52,269 bases of DNA, taken from a virus. The position numbers were made by a program, and so were the translations under genes. Under the pieces are notes generated by a model, which ran no database searches, was not told where the DNA came from, and was given only the letters and a program-made list of their open reading frames with translations. This document shows positions 1 through 8,503 of this stretch, piece after piece; within the stretch, counting starts at the first letter, position 1; the number at the start of each line of letters is the position of its first letter. Where the stretch lies: IMG/VR virus record IMGVR_UViG_3300048076_000002, positions 1 to 52,269 of that record; one strand, written 5' to 3'.

Positions 1-127
1 CATCCACACCAGGCCCGAACTCGGTTGTACCGCTTCCGTATTTTATGACCATTCCAGCATCCACAAGCCGCCGCAGAACAAGCCGGTCAACGCGAGCGGC
101 GGGCATCGCGTCAACCGAGGCGAAGGC
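1..127. repeat. Terminal direct repeat, left copy (127 bp, identical to 52143..52269)
   Basis: Base-by-base comparison shows bases 1-127 equal bases 52143-52269. The repeat carries the first ~35 codons of minus-strand ORF 51958..52248. Confidence 0.95.
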
Positions 128-298
128 TTTGTGCCGCCGCCGCGTTACCTTGGTCGTTCTGGTTACTTAATCGTGATCACGTTCAGATACTGTCTTGAAA
201 GAGAAACAGAACAATCGGTTGAAGCCGAGACGTCAACAATTACATCCTGTCCGATGGCTGGTAACATTTTGATCGCCTCTAGAAACCAATGATGGTAA

Positions 299-541
299 TT
301 ATTTCTTCGGCGGCTTAGCATCAGGCTTAACTGCTGTGACGTATAGCGATTTCTTTCTGACGATCAGCTTTACTTCAATCTTATCTTTCGCAGCACGGTA
401 AATGAATCGCTGACGGATGCCTTCGATGTTGCCGAAGAAGTCAACGCCTTTCTCCAATTGCCACGTCTGACCGTCAAGATATGGCGTCAGATCGAACGTA
501 GCATCCTTAGTCACAGCGTCACTGTTAACTACTTTTGCCAT
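299..541 (-). CDS. hypothetical protein (80 aa)
   Basis: Only long ORF in this interval and co-oriented with its neighbours. No family recognised. Confidence 0.55.
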   Translation of the reverse strand: MAKVVNSDAVTKDATFDLTPYLDGQTWQLEKGVDFFGNIEGIRQRFIYRAAKDKIEVKLIVRKKSLYVTAVKPDAKPPKK

Positions 542-606
542 AGATCACCTGTCTCATTTTTTTGAAAGTAGCATTAAGAATCAGTACGCCTAATTTTACG
601 CTCAAT

Positions 607-1617
607 TTATGTGGCACTAGGCGGATCACTTGGATTAGGCCGCTTCATTCGCGGTCTTAATCCCAGTGTTGATCCTGTCAAACGGAATGAACGGAATCTC
701 TCAGCCGTACCTTCTAGGAACGGATTGTAGAGTCCGTACGGTGTTGTCCAATGGAACCTATTCACTTGGTTCGCTCTATCTGGATGGATGTACCACTCAT
801 ACCAGTCGAGGAATGCTTCCAGCATCGGGAACAGGATCAGATGCTGAAATCGAGAGACTGTATCTTGATTCGGCCTTACGAAGTACCGGAAGAAATGATA
901 ATCAGGCTCATCGTTCATAAACGTGATAATACGCTTCTTGAACACCTCATCCGACTCATTCTTCTTACGTCGCGGTCCTGACGATCCAGCACCGCTGCCG
1001 TAGTTCCAACCGCACGGACGGCGAGTATGTTGATACCAGATGTTTGATGGCAAGCGTCCATGCTTAATTTGGAACATAAGAGTGTACACATTAAGCTGGA
1101 GATTTAACTGAATCTCACTGGCGACTGATTCAGTATCCCACTCACTCCGTACCTTTCCTTCCATGAATGAGATTGGACCCTCACCGTCTGTGTAGCCATG
1201 CAGCTTCAATGTGCGGCCAGACGGGAGCTTTATTTCCAATTCATGATACGTTTCAGCTTCCTTAATCTGGAGACGATCCAGGTCAGCAGCGTAATGCTTA
1301 ATCCAAATCTGAACCTGAGCCTGAGCAAGCTGTGTCCACCAGGAAATTTCATCTGATGTACCAAATTCCGCAACCTGCTTTTGGTACTCTGTCTCAATGA
1401 ATCGAGCAGCACCAATCTCCTGACGTGTCTTGATGTAGCCTTCGATACCAGCACCTACAAGGCTGCCGTACTTCATGTTCTTGTTCCACGGCTCGACTAC
1501 CTCAAGATTTCTGAGGTAAGTAATCTCAAACGCTGTCCGATCCACCAACCACAATTCCAGCCCGCTAACACTCAGTCCGTTTCGCCGCGGGCACCATATT
1601 GACGTGTATGTTTCCAT
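607..1617 (-). CDS. PD-(D/E)XK-type nuclease (RecB/Cas4-like exonuclease), putative
   Basis: 336 aa with an N-terminal CPRR. The segment LHGYTDGEGPISFMEGKVRS fits the D..E-x-K catalytic pattern. It lies in a recombination/replication neighbourhood. Confidence 0.5.
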   Translation of the reverse strand: METYTSIWCPRRNGLSVSGLELWLVDRTAFEITYLRNLEVVEPWNKNMKYGSLVGAGIEGYIKTRQEIGAARFIETEYQKQVAEFGTSDEISWWTQLAQAQVQIWIKHYAADLDRLQIKEAETYHELEIKLPSGRTLKLHGYTDGEGPISFMEGKVRSEWDTESVASEIQLNLQLNVYTLMFQIKHGRLPSNIWYQHTRRPCGWNYGSGAGSSGPRRKKNESDEVFKKRIITFMNDEPDYHFFRYFVRPNQDTVSRFQHLILFPMLEAFLDWYEWYIHPDRANQVNRFHWTTPYGLYNPFLEGTAERFRSFRLTGSTLGLRPRMKRPNPSDPPSAT

Positions 1618-1921
1618 CTTTTACTCCCTGAACAAAGTCTGCCAAATCTTTCAAGTGGATAATACAGAGGGCATTTGATCTGTCTGACGCCTGACCAAGC
1701 ACCACCACTGATATCTTATTCTCGACTACGGCTTTTGATCTTTCCTCATCCACAAGTTTACGCAGCCGAGCACTGAATGCAGCCGTGTACTTGCATGACA
1801 GAAACAAGAATGGATGCAAACTATCTGATCGGCTGATCTTAGCATTGCCACCCGACAGAGCGTTACGCGATGTGTTAAAAATCTTCGCTACGTAAAGCTC
1901 AAAATTCTTCCATTGTGACAT
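1565..1921 (-). CDS. small Hjc/resolvase-like nuclease, putative
   Basis: Start moved to ATG 1921 (MSQWKNFELYVAKIF...). The pattern W..FE..V...RNALSGG...SDS...FLSCK resembles small PD-(D/E)XK resolvases, but the usual E-x-K reads S-C-K. Confidence 0.4.
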   Translation of the reverse strand: MSQWKNFELYVAKIFNTSRNALSGGNAKISRSDSLHPFLFLSCKYTAAFSARLRKLVDEERSKAVVENKISVVVLGQASDRSNALCIIHLKDLADFVQGVKDGNIHVNMVPAAKRTEC

Positions 1922-1942
1922 AAAGCATCGCCTATCCATGCG

Positions 1943-1952
1943 TGACAGTAAT
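1943..1952 (+). repeat. TGACAGTAAT motif copy
   Basis: Intergenic. In minus sense it lies 25 nt after stop 1978 and 22 nt before ATG 1921. Flanked by a CGTG/CACG inverted repeat. Confidence 0.9.
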
Positions 1953-1977
1953 AAAAACACGTCGTTACAACGCAACC

Positions 1978-2292
1978 TTACTGTGACTTTTTCCACGGCG
2001 GCAACGATCTGCATTGCGATTCAGGGACCGGACGATGCAATGCCCGCTGAAATGCATCCGCTTCGCTTTGTAACATCATCTCCCGAATATCAGTTAGCAT
2101 TTGCTCAAGCGTAAGCCCTATCACATCGATTTTTGCATCTTTGATTACGTCGTCATGAGATACAATCATGTGATTTTCTAATAAGTCGCCCGGTTTCCCA
2201 CGTAGTACACGAATACAGACGTTCTTGGTGTCATCTACCTTGAACGACACTGATTCGTCGCTTAGCAATGAAAGCAGTAGACTTGATAGCAT
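1978..2292 (-). CDS. hypothetical protein (104 aa)
   Basis: Start moved to ATG 2292 (MLSSLLL...), which has GGAG about 9 nt upstream. Confidence 0.5.
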   Translation of the reverse strand: MLSSLLLSLLSDESVSFKVDDTKNVCIRVLRGKPGDLLENHMIVSHDDVIKDAKIDVIGLTLEQMLTDIREMMLQSEADAFQRALHRPVPESQCRSLPPWKKSQ

Positions 2293-2416
2293 GAGAACGA
2301 CTCCGTGTAAGCGTGTGGCAGTAATAAAGAGACACGCTGCTACACGCAACACCGTAGCAGCATGTCTTTAATCGGCAGACGTTGCATTGTCCGCCAATTA
2401 CATACGGAATGACCGA

Positions 2417-3997
2417 TCAAGCTTTCTTGCTCGCAGCCTTGCCTGCTTTCTTTGAAGCTGCTGGCTTTGAAGCTGCTGGCTTGCCGGGAGTAGGCAGTAC
2501 AGCTTCTGGCACGATCTGTCCAGTCACAGGAGCAGCAGAAGCACCGGCTTCAGGTGCTGCAACAGCGGCAGCAGCACCTTTCTTCGATGACCGTGGCGGC
2601 TTAGGAGCACCACCGTTCAACTCAGCTTCAGCAGCAGCAACGGCTTTCTCAGCGTCTGCTTTGGCTTTCTTAGCCTGGTCAAGAATCGCTTTCTTCGCTG
2701 CTCGATTCTGTTCAGCAACAACCTTAGCAGCTTCAGCAGCTTCAGCAGCTTGAGCCTTGTCAAGTTCGATCTGCTTTTGCCGCTCAACAACAGCCTGAGC
2801 AGAACGCTCGAAGCAGAGTGTGTGCCAGCCCTCGAAAAGTACCGGATCGGTTGAGTAACTGTCTCGTTCTTTCGCAGTCAGCTTGACCTGATTGACAGTA
2901 ACGTCCTTTACGCCAGCCAGGAACAGTCGAAACGCCTTGACGAACGGACCTGCCCACTCAGTATCACGATCCTTTGAGCCTTTCTGAGCGGTCAATTGAT
3001 TCCAATAGCCCGTCAACGCCCACTGGACCGATCCCTTCTCCAGCGATCCACCGACAGCCATGTTGTCAACGAACAGCATCGCCTTGTCGTACTTCTCGGA
3101 ATCAATCTCCATGATTCCATCTTTCGTCTCGACGACGCAAGCAACGTATAGCAACGCTGCGATGTACGACAGAGACATTTTCAGTCCCTTGTTACCGCCG
3201 TCATTCTTGTTGGCGTTCAGTACCATTGTAACAAATTTGCAGAGTTCCGGATGACGTTCGCGAATGAATGTCATCATTTCACTGATGAGAAACTTCGGAG
3301 CACTGGAGACAGTTGCCCCACCTTCGATGAGCCACACCAGGCGAGCAGCACCGGCAAGTGTCGTCGTCCAGGCTTTACGCCCGGCAAGTGTGTTCCATTC
3401 GGCTGGCAGAATTGCGTCAACCCACGGGTCACGAAACAGCACATCGGAGTGCTTACGAGTCTTGCCGATATCAACCGTGTCGGCTGTATCATGCTCGACG
3501 CCATAAATGACGACCGTTGGAATCTCAAGCTGAGCATCCGGCCATTCGTCGGGGTGTTTGGCAACTTCGGCAGCGGCGAGCAGCAGACCTTTCGCCCGGT
3601 GCTGGAGTGATACGCAGTGTTCACCACCTTCCGCGTCTTCGCTCATAATCCACGGCTCACCGTTCAGCTTCCACTGACCGCGAAGGTATTCGTTCGCATA
3701 CAGCTTTGCCAGGCCGAGAGATAACGGACGATTCGTCGAGTTCCACACTTCCATAATCTTTGCCGCAATCTCGACGGTCATCATGACAACCTTGGATCGG
3801 ATGTTGCATTCGTGTGCCGGGATACGACTGATGAATGCCTTGAATGACTGAACTTTCGCAGTCGCCGGAGCAGATGGAACTTTCGTAGCCGCCGGAGCAG
3901 ATTGAGCAGCAGTGTCAGCACCGTAACCGGCAGCAAATGCTTCCGTCTTTGACGCTGACTTAGAGGCTTTTGACGACATTGGAACAAACACAGACAT
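2417..3997 (-). CDS. ParB/Srx-like N-terminal domain protein with Ala/Lys-rich histone-H1-like tail
   Basis: NRPLSLGLAKLYANEYLRGQWKLNGEPWIM...SLQHR resembles the ParB-like NRP...GxW...DGQHR block. The C-terminal ~120 aa are AKKA/PAASK low complexity. Start chosen at ATG 3997 because it is preceded by CCAGGAG. Confidence 0.5.
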   Translation of the reverse strand: MSVFVPMSSKASKSASKTEAFAAGYGADTAAQSAPAATKVPSAPATAKVQSFKAFISRIPAHECNIRSKVVMMTVEIAAKIMEVWNSTNRPLSLGLAKLYANEYLRGQWKLNGEPWIMSEDAEGGEHCVSLQHRAKGLLLAAAEVAKHPDEWPDAQLEIPTVVIYGVEHDTADTVDIGKTRKHSDVLFRDPWVDAILPAEWNTLAGRKAWTTTLAGAARLVWLIEGGATVSSAPKFLISEMMTFIRERHPELCKFVTMVLNANKNDGGNKGLKMSLSYIAALLYVACVVETKDGIMEIDSEKYDKAMLFVDNMAVGGSLEKGSVQWALTGYWNQLTAQKGSKDRDTEWAGPFVKAFRLFLAGVKDVTVNQVKLTAKERDSYSTDPVLFEGWHTLCFERSAQAVVERQKQIELDKAQAAEAAEAAKVVAEQNRAAKKAILDQAKKAKADAEKAVAAAEAELNGGAPKPPRSSKKGAAAAVAAPEAGASAAPVTGQIVPEAVLPTPGKPAASKPAASKKAGKAASKKA

Positions 3998-4068
3998 GAT
4001 TGACACTCCTGGAGTTTTAACTGACTGAACACTTGAGGCAGAAAACATTTCCACCTCGACCTGACAGC

Positions 4069-4097
4069 ATCATTGCAGAATCAAAAAACAGTGTCAA
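4069..4097 (-). promoter_or_regulatory. candidate promoter upstream of the ParB-like gene
   Basis: In minus sense: TTGACA (4097..4092), a 17-nt spacer, then AATGAT (4074..4069). Confidence 0.3.
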
Positions 4098-4105
4098 CTG
4101 AAAAT

Positions 4106-5008
4106 TCAGAATTTTTCAGAATCGAAGGATCTGGACGCACGACGTTGATTCATCATTTGCTGTAAAATACGCCGTCTTTCATCAGATTCAGGATCTTTTG
4201 TGCCGTCCAAATAATTGCTTGTTCGACCACACCAATTGACTCCAGCCGGGCCTATGTGCAAGCATTCAAACGGCGGACGGTGCTTGAGATAAGCTGGCCA
4301 TCGAGCCTGAAAAAACGAGTCAGGTCCGCCAGCGTGCTTCCAGTTTACTTCGTGCCAGGGAGTCTCATGACAGAACTCAGAATCAGCGTGGAATATCTGA
4401 GTGTACCCAGCCCACTCAACTTGCTCTGGATGTAGTGGGTATTGACGCCAATATGCCTCTTTAGGCACTGAACAAGTTGGCGTTGACCCTTCCAGTTCTG
4501 GTGGAACAGCATCAAATCGCAGACCCTCACACATCCGACGTAATGGAGTGTAAAGGCAGTTTGGACTCATCGGCATCGGAAGTTCTGGGGCAGATATAGC
4601 GTTATCAATACCGAGATACCTAATACCTGCCAAGATACTGTCTATCTCAGGGAATTGCCAATTGATCTGCTTTGGCCAGGCAACGTCAGCATCCTGAATA
4701 CACATCCAGCCGTGCCGACCGAACGTTTCCAGTGCCTGCTCCATCGCTCCAAACTTATTGAACATCGCACCGCGATGATAAAACTTGGTCGTCTGATAGC
4801 AATGAGCATCATTAGCAGCCGCACATGCAATTGTGCGATCATCTGACGGCGTTGTAACAATCATCACTTCCTTGTAGTGATGCCGATTGTACGGCAACGT
4901 TAACTCAAGCAAATCACCACAGTCCACACTGACGATGATTGCTCTTAGTACAGGCTTGGCTTTTGAATCGCAAACGACCACGGCAAACTCCCTTCCGGTA
5001 TAGGACAC
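4106..5008 (-). CDS. GT-A-fold glycosyltransferase-like protein
   Basis: IIVSVDCGDLLELTLPYN...IVTTPSDD, GAMFNKFGAMEQAL and the DxD-like IQDADV are arranged as in GT2/GT7-type enzymes. Overlaps the upstream methyltransferase by 64 nt. Confidence 0.55.
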   Translation of the reverse strand: MSYTGREFAVVVCDSKAKPVLRAIIVSVDCGDLLELTLPYNRHHYKEVMIVTTPSDDRTIACAAANDAHCYQTTKFYHRGAMFNKFGAMEQALETFGRHGWMCIQDADVAWPKQINWQFPEIDSILAGIRYLGIDNAISAPELPMPMSPNCLYTPLRRMCEGLRFDAVPPELEGSTPTCSVPKEAYWRQYPLHPEQVEWAGYTQIFHADSEFCHETPWHEVNWKHAGGPDSFFQARWPAYLKHRPPFECLHIGPAGVNWCGRTSNYLDGTKDPESDERRRILQQMMNQRRASRSFDSEKF

Positions 5009-5559
5009 ACACCAAGACAGTCGCCGTACCTACGACGACGGTACTCAACAAAATCGTCAATTGCTTCCTGAATCCCTACGGAACATCCGACTTCACCTGG
5101 AGTAATAAAGTCATGCCCAAACATGTAGCCGCCGGGCTTGATCTTAACCCACCAATGCAAAAGATCGTCAAATACGAATTTCTTCTCATGATTGCCATCG
5201 ATGTACACGAACGACAATGTATTATTAACTGCCTTACCGACAGCTTCAATCGAATGCTCGTAACTCATCAGGCACCGATTTGCATCAATGTAAGACTTTA
5301 GCCGGACGGCTGCTTCCTTACGATGCGTGATCCGATCCACACCACCCCACAGCGTTGCAGCCTGCTTACTGTAATTTTCAGCGTTCTCGTAAGGATCGAC
5401 GCACCGCAAGATTCCATCCCACCCATCGAGCAGAATCTTTGCGTACTCTCCCAAGTGCGTACCAATCTCTACGCCTAGAGATTGGGGACCGCCAAGATTT
5501 TCTTCCATAAGGAAGCGGGGGATATCGTTACGTCCATTGATACCGATGTAGCGAAGCAT
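4945..5559 (-). CDS. class I SAM-dependent methyltransferase (Methyltransf_24/CmcI-like)
   Basis: GVEIGTHLGEYAKILL (SAM-binding motif I) and VYIDGNHEKKFVFDDLLHWWVKIKPGGYMFGHDF. The start context is TCAGGTGACTTATG. Confidence 0.75.
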   Translation of the reverse strand: MLRYIGINGRNDIPRFLMEENLGGPQSLGVEIGTHLGEYAKILLDGWDGILRCVDPYENAENYSKQAATLWGGVDRITHRKEAAVRLKSYIDANRCLMSYEHSIEAVGKAVNNTLSFVYIDGNHEKKFVFDDLLHWWVKIKPGGYMFGHDFITPGEVGCSVGIQEAIDDFVEYRRRRYGDCLGVCPIPEGSLPWSFAIQKPSLY

Positions 5560-5592
5560 AAGTCACCTGACAATTTCTGAGATAGAGAGTTA

Positions 5593-5844
5593 TCAACTCA
5601 AGTCCCCGGCACATAAACCAGCACCACAAGTGCATGGATCACACGTCGGGCACACGTCGTGACCGTGGTCACACTCGATCGCTATAGGCAATTCGATTGC
5701 TCGCCGAAACTTACAGCCTTCTTTGTGATTTCTCCTCACACCGCAACAGCAAGGGCACTGGTGACACACCTTACAAAACACAGACTCCGGCGAAGGGTTG
5801 ATAACAAAGGCATCAAGTCGAGGCGGCGTCACTGGTTGGTTCAT
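5593..5844 (-). CDS. Cys-rich small protein (13 Cys in 83 aa)
   Basis: FCKVCHQCPCCCG...GCKF...ECDHGHDVCPTCDPCTCGAGLC. Overlaps the 3' end of the radical SAM gene by 32 nt in another frame. Confidence 0.5.
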   Translation of the reverse strand: MNQPVTPPRLDAFVINPSPESVFCKVCHQCPCCCGVRRNHKEGCKFRRAIELPIAIECDHGHDVCPTCDPCTCGAGLCAGDLS

Positions 5845-6850
5845 CGCGATATTCCTTTGAAATTCTATGCGGTCTTAAGTCGGTCGAAAGCAAGTAGTCA
5901 ATCACTCGACGGCTGGCGTTACGCTTTGACACAACGTCTGGCTCAGACTGATTCATGTCATCCGGCGTTAATATGTTAAGCGTGTGCCCTATCTTCGGCT
6001 TCAAGTGACTGTAAGATCCATCGTCAACAACAGTGGTTCTGTCGTCAGTATGAGCTAAATCACCTTTACCTCGTAAAGGCACAAGGCAACGCTGGCAATG
6101 ATAGGCTACCTGATTGCGAAACGGCTCGACTTGCATTGGAGCTTTCCACCATCCCGGCGTAACGACCATGCCAGTATCCGGGTAGCTTGGATCAAACTGA
6201 TTGATCATCGCCTGACCGCCAGCAACCTCACAAAAGAATCCCCGAAGCTCATCACGGAACTGACAGATCATTGCTGACCAATGCTTATTGATATCACACT
6301 CTGATATCAGCTTCCATCGATCTGAAGCGTCGGGAACTTGCAACGCTAAGTCGCCGTGTACAGGCGAGTGTAAGCTGTCGCGGTCATGCCCAAACGGTCT
6401 TGACTCTGGCCAGAAATCCTTGAATTTATGGTACGCTTCCACACTCATATGACAATTCAGATTGGAGTGTGCTGGACTGAATGTCTCTCGCATTGCACGG
6501 GCATTGCTCATACTGACTGGATTGTTTGACCAGACACCACATTTCTCTTTAGGGAAGTAATTTCTGAGGATAGCACATATGTCGATGAACTTGGGGTGCA
6601 TCGCTGGATTGCCGCCGAAGATTCCGATAAGCCCGAAGTAACCTTCCATTGACTGACAGGCAAGCTCGAAATTCTCCAGCGTGATGTATGAGGCACGCCC
6701 GGCGAATTGTGATCCTTGCGTACAGTTGCTGCACGCCAAGTCACAGGCACGAGTCAAATGTATTTGCATGACGCCATCCATGCCACCACATTTGCCGGGA
6801 CGGCGTTGACCGGGAGGAACCATTACGCTGAGTGCTTCGTCGATGTTCAT
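5813..6850 (-). CDS. radical SAM enzyme
   Basis: HLTRACDLACSNCTQ contains the CX3CX2C cluster motif. GIFGGNPAMHP resembles the GGEP motif. Confidence 0.75.
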   Translation of the reverse strand: MNIDEALSVMVPPGQRRPGKCGGMDGVMQIHLTRACDLACSNCTQGSQFAGRASYITLENFELACQSMEGYFGLIGIFGGNPAMHPKFIDICAILRNYFPKEKCGVWSNNPVSMSNARAMRETFSPAHSNLNCHMSVEAYHKFKDFWPESRPFGHDRDSLHSPVHGDLALQVPDASDRWKLISECDINKHWSAMICQFRDELRGFFCEVAGGQAMINQFDPSYPDTGMVVTPGWWKAPMQVEPFRNQVAYHCQRCLVPLRGKGDLAHTDDRTTVVDDGSYSHLKPKIGHTLNILTPDDMNQSEPDVVSKRNASRRVIDYLLSTDLRPHRISKEYRDEPTSDAAST

Positions 6851-6875
6851 GTTAACGATCCTGACTGAGAGTGAG

Positions 6876-6885
6876 TGACAGTAAT
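6876..6885 (+). repeat. TGACAGTAAT(CA) motif copy
   Basis: Intergenic. It lies 6 nt after the stop of 6892..7197 and 26 nt before the radical SAM ATG. Confidence 0.9.
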
Positions 6886-6891
6886 CAAATG

Positions 6892-7197
6892 TTAGGATTG
6901 CGTTTCAAGCAAGTGTGCATCTCGAAGACCTCTGGCGTATCCTTGCTCTTCTGCTCGCCTTATGTCTTTTCCACGGCTTGATTGCAACGCACGAATCTCA
7001 CGGTGTAACTCTGTATCATCTTCTCGATACAGTCGTAATCTTTCTTCCAGGTCACGGAGTTCCCTTTCGACATACTGACAAGCTGGTTTTGAGTGCGTGT
7101 ACGGACCAAAGTGATCTGCTGCACTTTGAGTGTCTTCAAATAATTCATCACAGTGAAAGCACTTCCACGGACCTTGACGTTGTGATTCTTCTGTCAT
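6892..7197 (-). CDS. zinc-finger/coiled-coil protein
   Basis: WKCFHCDELFEDTQSAADHF is C2H2-like and is followed by a charged heptad-like segment. Confidence 0.55.
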   Translation of the reverse strand: MTEESQRQGPWKCFHCDELFEDTQSAADHFGPYTHSKPACQYVERELRDLEERLRLYREDDTELHREIRALQSSRGKDIRRAEEQGYARGLRDAHLLETQS

Positions 7198-7214
7198 GGC
7201 TTACTCTCTTTCAA

Positions 7215-8294
7215 CTAAATATGATCCACCACGTACTCAGGCGAATGATTGAAGTTACGCCTGAACATTTCAATATCGTACGCCAGTTTAGATGTGACTT
7301 GTCTATAGTCGTAAAGCAGTGTTGCTCTGTCGGCAAAGAATTTTTGCCGCTCAGGACTATATTTAGCTTCCATCCCAAGAATCACTTCGTCAATTTCCAT
7401 CAACGACATTTCACGGAAGTTAACACGAGTCAGATTCTCGTCGATGCCAGGAATGTACTCGTCGATCGGCAAGTCAGTCAGCACAGCACAACCACAAGCC
7501 GTTGATTCCACAATCTTACGCAAAGCGTACCCATACCGGCTACATGTACAAATAGAGATTTTGAAGCGTGATAGGTGCTGCATGAATCCAGGTGTGTTAC
7601 ATCCTTTACGATGATACCCAGGATGAGGCAGTACAGATGCTGCCAAACCTCGATGAGCCAACAAATGCTGCCGTTCAGGGTACGCATTCGATATTGCACC
7701 GCTGAACAGGCAGCCCTGCCGTCCTTTATCACTGTAGTCGGGTACTTTATCAGCGTCAACAGTGTGCCAGGTCCGAATCAGATGCCCGGCACGAGTGTAC
7801 GGAGCAAGATGATTGACGATGCGGGGATTGTAATAAACGATCCAGCCATGCACGCCCAACTCTTCAGCAGCTTCGCGATGCCACTGTGGCCGCTGTTGAG
7901 CATCTTTCAGTACCGTAAGCCGTAGTATGGCTTTATTATTCCTGAAAGCATCTAAGTTACGAAACTGTGCTTTTGGCTCGCGAAAGTCGCCTTGCGGAAA
8001 CCACTCCCGCTTATCTTGCATGACAACGATACCCGGCTTTACGTCTCTCACAATGAAATGGCAGTCAGTCATACCGCATGGCAGTCCGTACCCGCAGTGC
8101 GTATAACCGGCTTTCGCCAAGCCCGCAGTTATCTGCCAGCCTTCATCTGTCATATGATGCTGCATTGACGCAACACCCAGCACGGCACGACCTGCCATTT
8201 CTGGCTCCGGACAATAAGCAGGCGTCCTGAGTATAGGCGTTTGTTCGAGAGGCTTATTGCTGTCGATTATCTGCTGAATGGTGAGCGGTTGCAT
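7215..8294 (-). CDS. GT-B-type glycosyltransferase (CgeB/Glyco_trans_1_2-like)
   Basis: The C-terminal ISICTCSRYGYALRKIVESTACGCAVLTDLPIDEYIPG fits the GT1/GT4 C-domain. Start moved to ATG 8294 because it is preceded by the conserved leader TCTCAGAAGTTTTCGTCAGG. Confidence 0.6.
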   Translation of the reverse strand: MQPLTIQQIIDSNKPLEQTPILRTPAYCPEPEMAGRAVLGVASMQHHMTDEGWQITAGLAKAGYTHCGYGLPCGMTDCHFIVRDVKPGIVVMQDKREWFPQGDFREPKAQFRNLDAFRNNKAILRLTVLKDAQQRPQWHREAAEELGVHGWIVYYNPRIVNHLAPYTRAGHLIRTWHTVDADKVPDYSDKGRQGCLFSGAISNAYPERQHLLAHRGLAASVLPHPGYHRKGCNTPGFMQHLSRFKISICTCSRYGYALRKIVESTACGCAVLTDLPIDEYIPGIDENLTRVNFREMSLMEIDEVILGMEAKYSPERQKFFADRATLLYDYRQVTSKLAYDIEMFRRNFNHSPEYVVDHI

Positions 8295-8335
8295 GGATGA
8301 GCCTGACGAAAACTTCTGAGATATTAGTACAGCCA

Positions 8336-8503
8336 TTAACTGCGTCGTAAATAAGCAGTCGCTAAATCGCTAAACAGGATAGACAGGAAAGAGCACAGCA
8401 GCGTTTCAGCAGTCATTCTTTCAGCGATAAAGTATGCCGAAAGAAGCAGTAATACAGTTCCAATCACAGCACTAGCCAAAGCATACGTCCGATTCTTATT
8501 CAT
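8336..8503 (-). CDS. small membrane protein (2 predicted TM segments)
   Basis: MNKNRTYALASAVIGTVLLLLSAYFIAE...LLCSFLSILF. Its ATG overlaps the upstream stop as ATGA. Confidence 0.5.
   Translation of the reverse strand: MNKNRTYALASAVIGTVLLLLSAYFIAERMTAETLLCSFLSILFSDLATAYLRRS

Noticed and set aside
1565-2014. Long N-terminal extensions offered by the ORF track (also 7215..8336, 43141..44631, 24008..24802, 22071..23630, 2417..4054).
   Set aside because: The extensions run through conserved intergenic motifs (TGACAGTAAT or TTTCTGAG leaders) and overlap upstream genes. Internal ATGs have SD-like boxes and leave the motifs in spacers. The starts remain predictions.
2382-2753. 123-aa plus-strand ORF (Ala/Gly/Phe-rich) opposite the ParB-like gene tail.
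   Set aside because: It is an antisense shadow of the GC-rich low-complexity AKKA-coding tract. It has no start context and lies entirely within a better-supported minus-strand gene. The same reasoning applies to the other internal antisense ORFs in the track, for example 3251..3610, 16064..16492, 22063..22500, 22590..23033, 25956..26390, 28084..28533, 46755..47048 and 49654..49971.
5813-6850. Radical SAM enzyme as QueE (7-deazaguanine DNA modification).
   Set aside because: The cluster motif context (R.C.L.C..C) is superficially QueE-like. However, the protein is ~100 aa longer, and no QueC, QueD, FolE or DpdA-like genes are present. The neighbours are glycosyltransferases instead.
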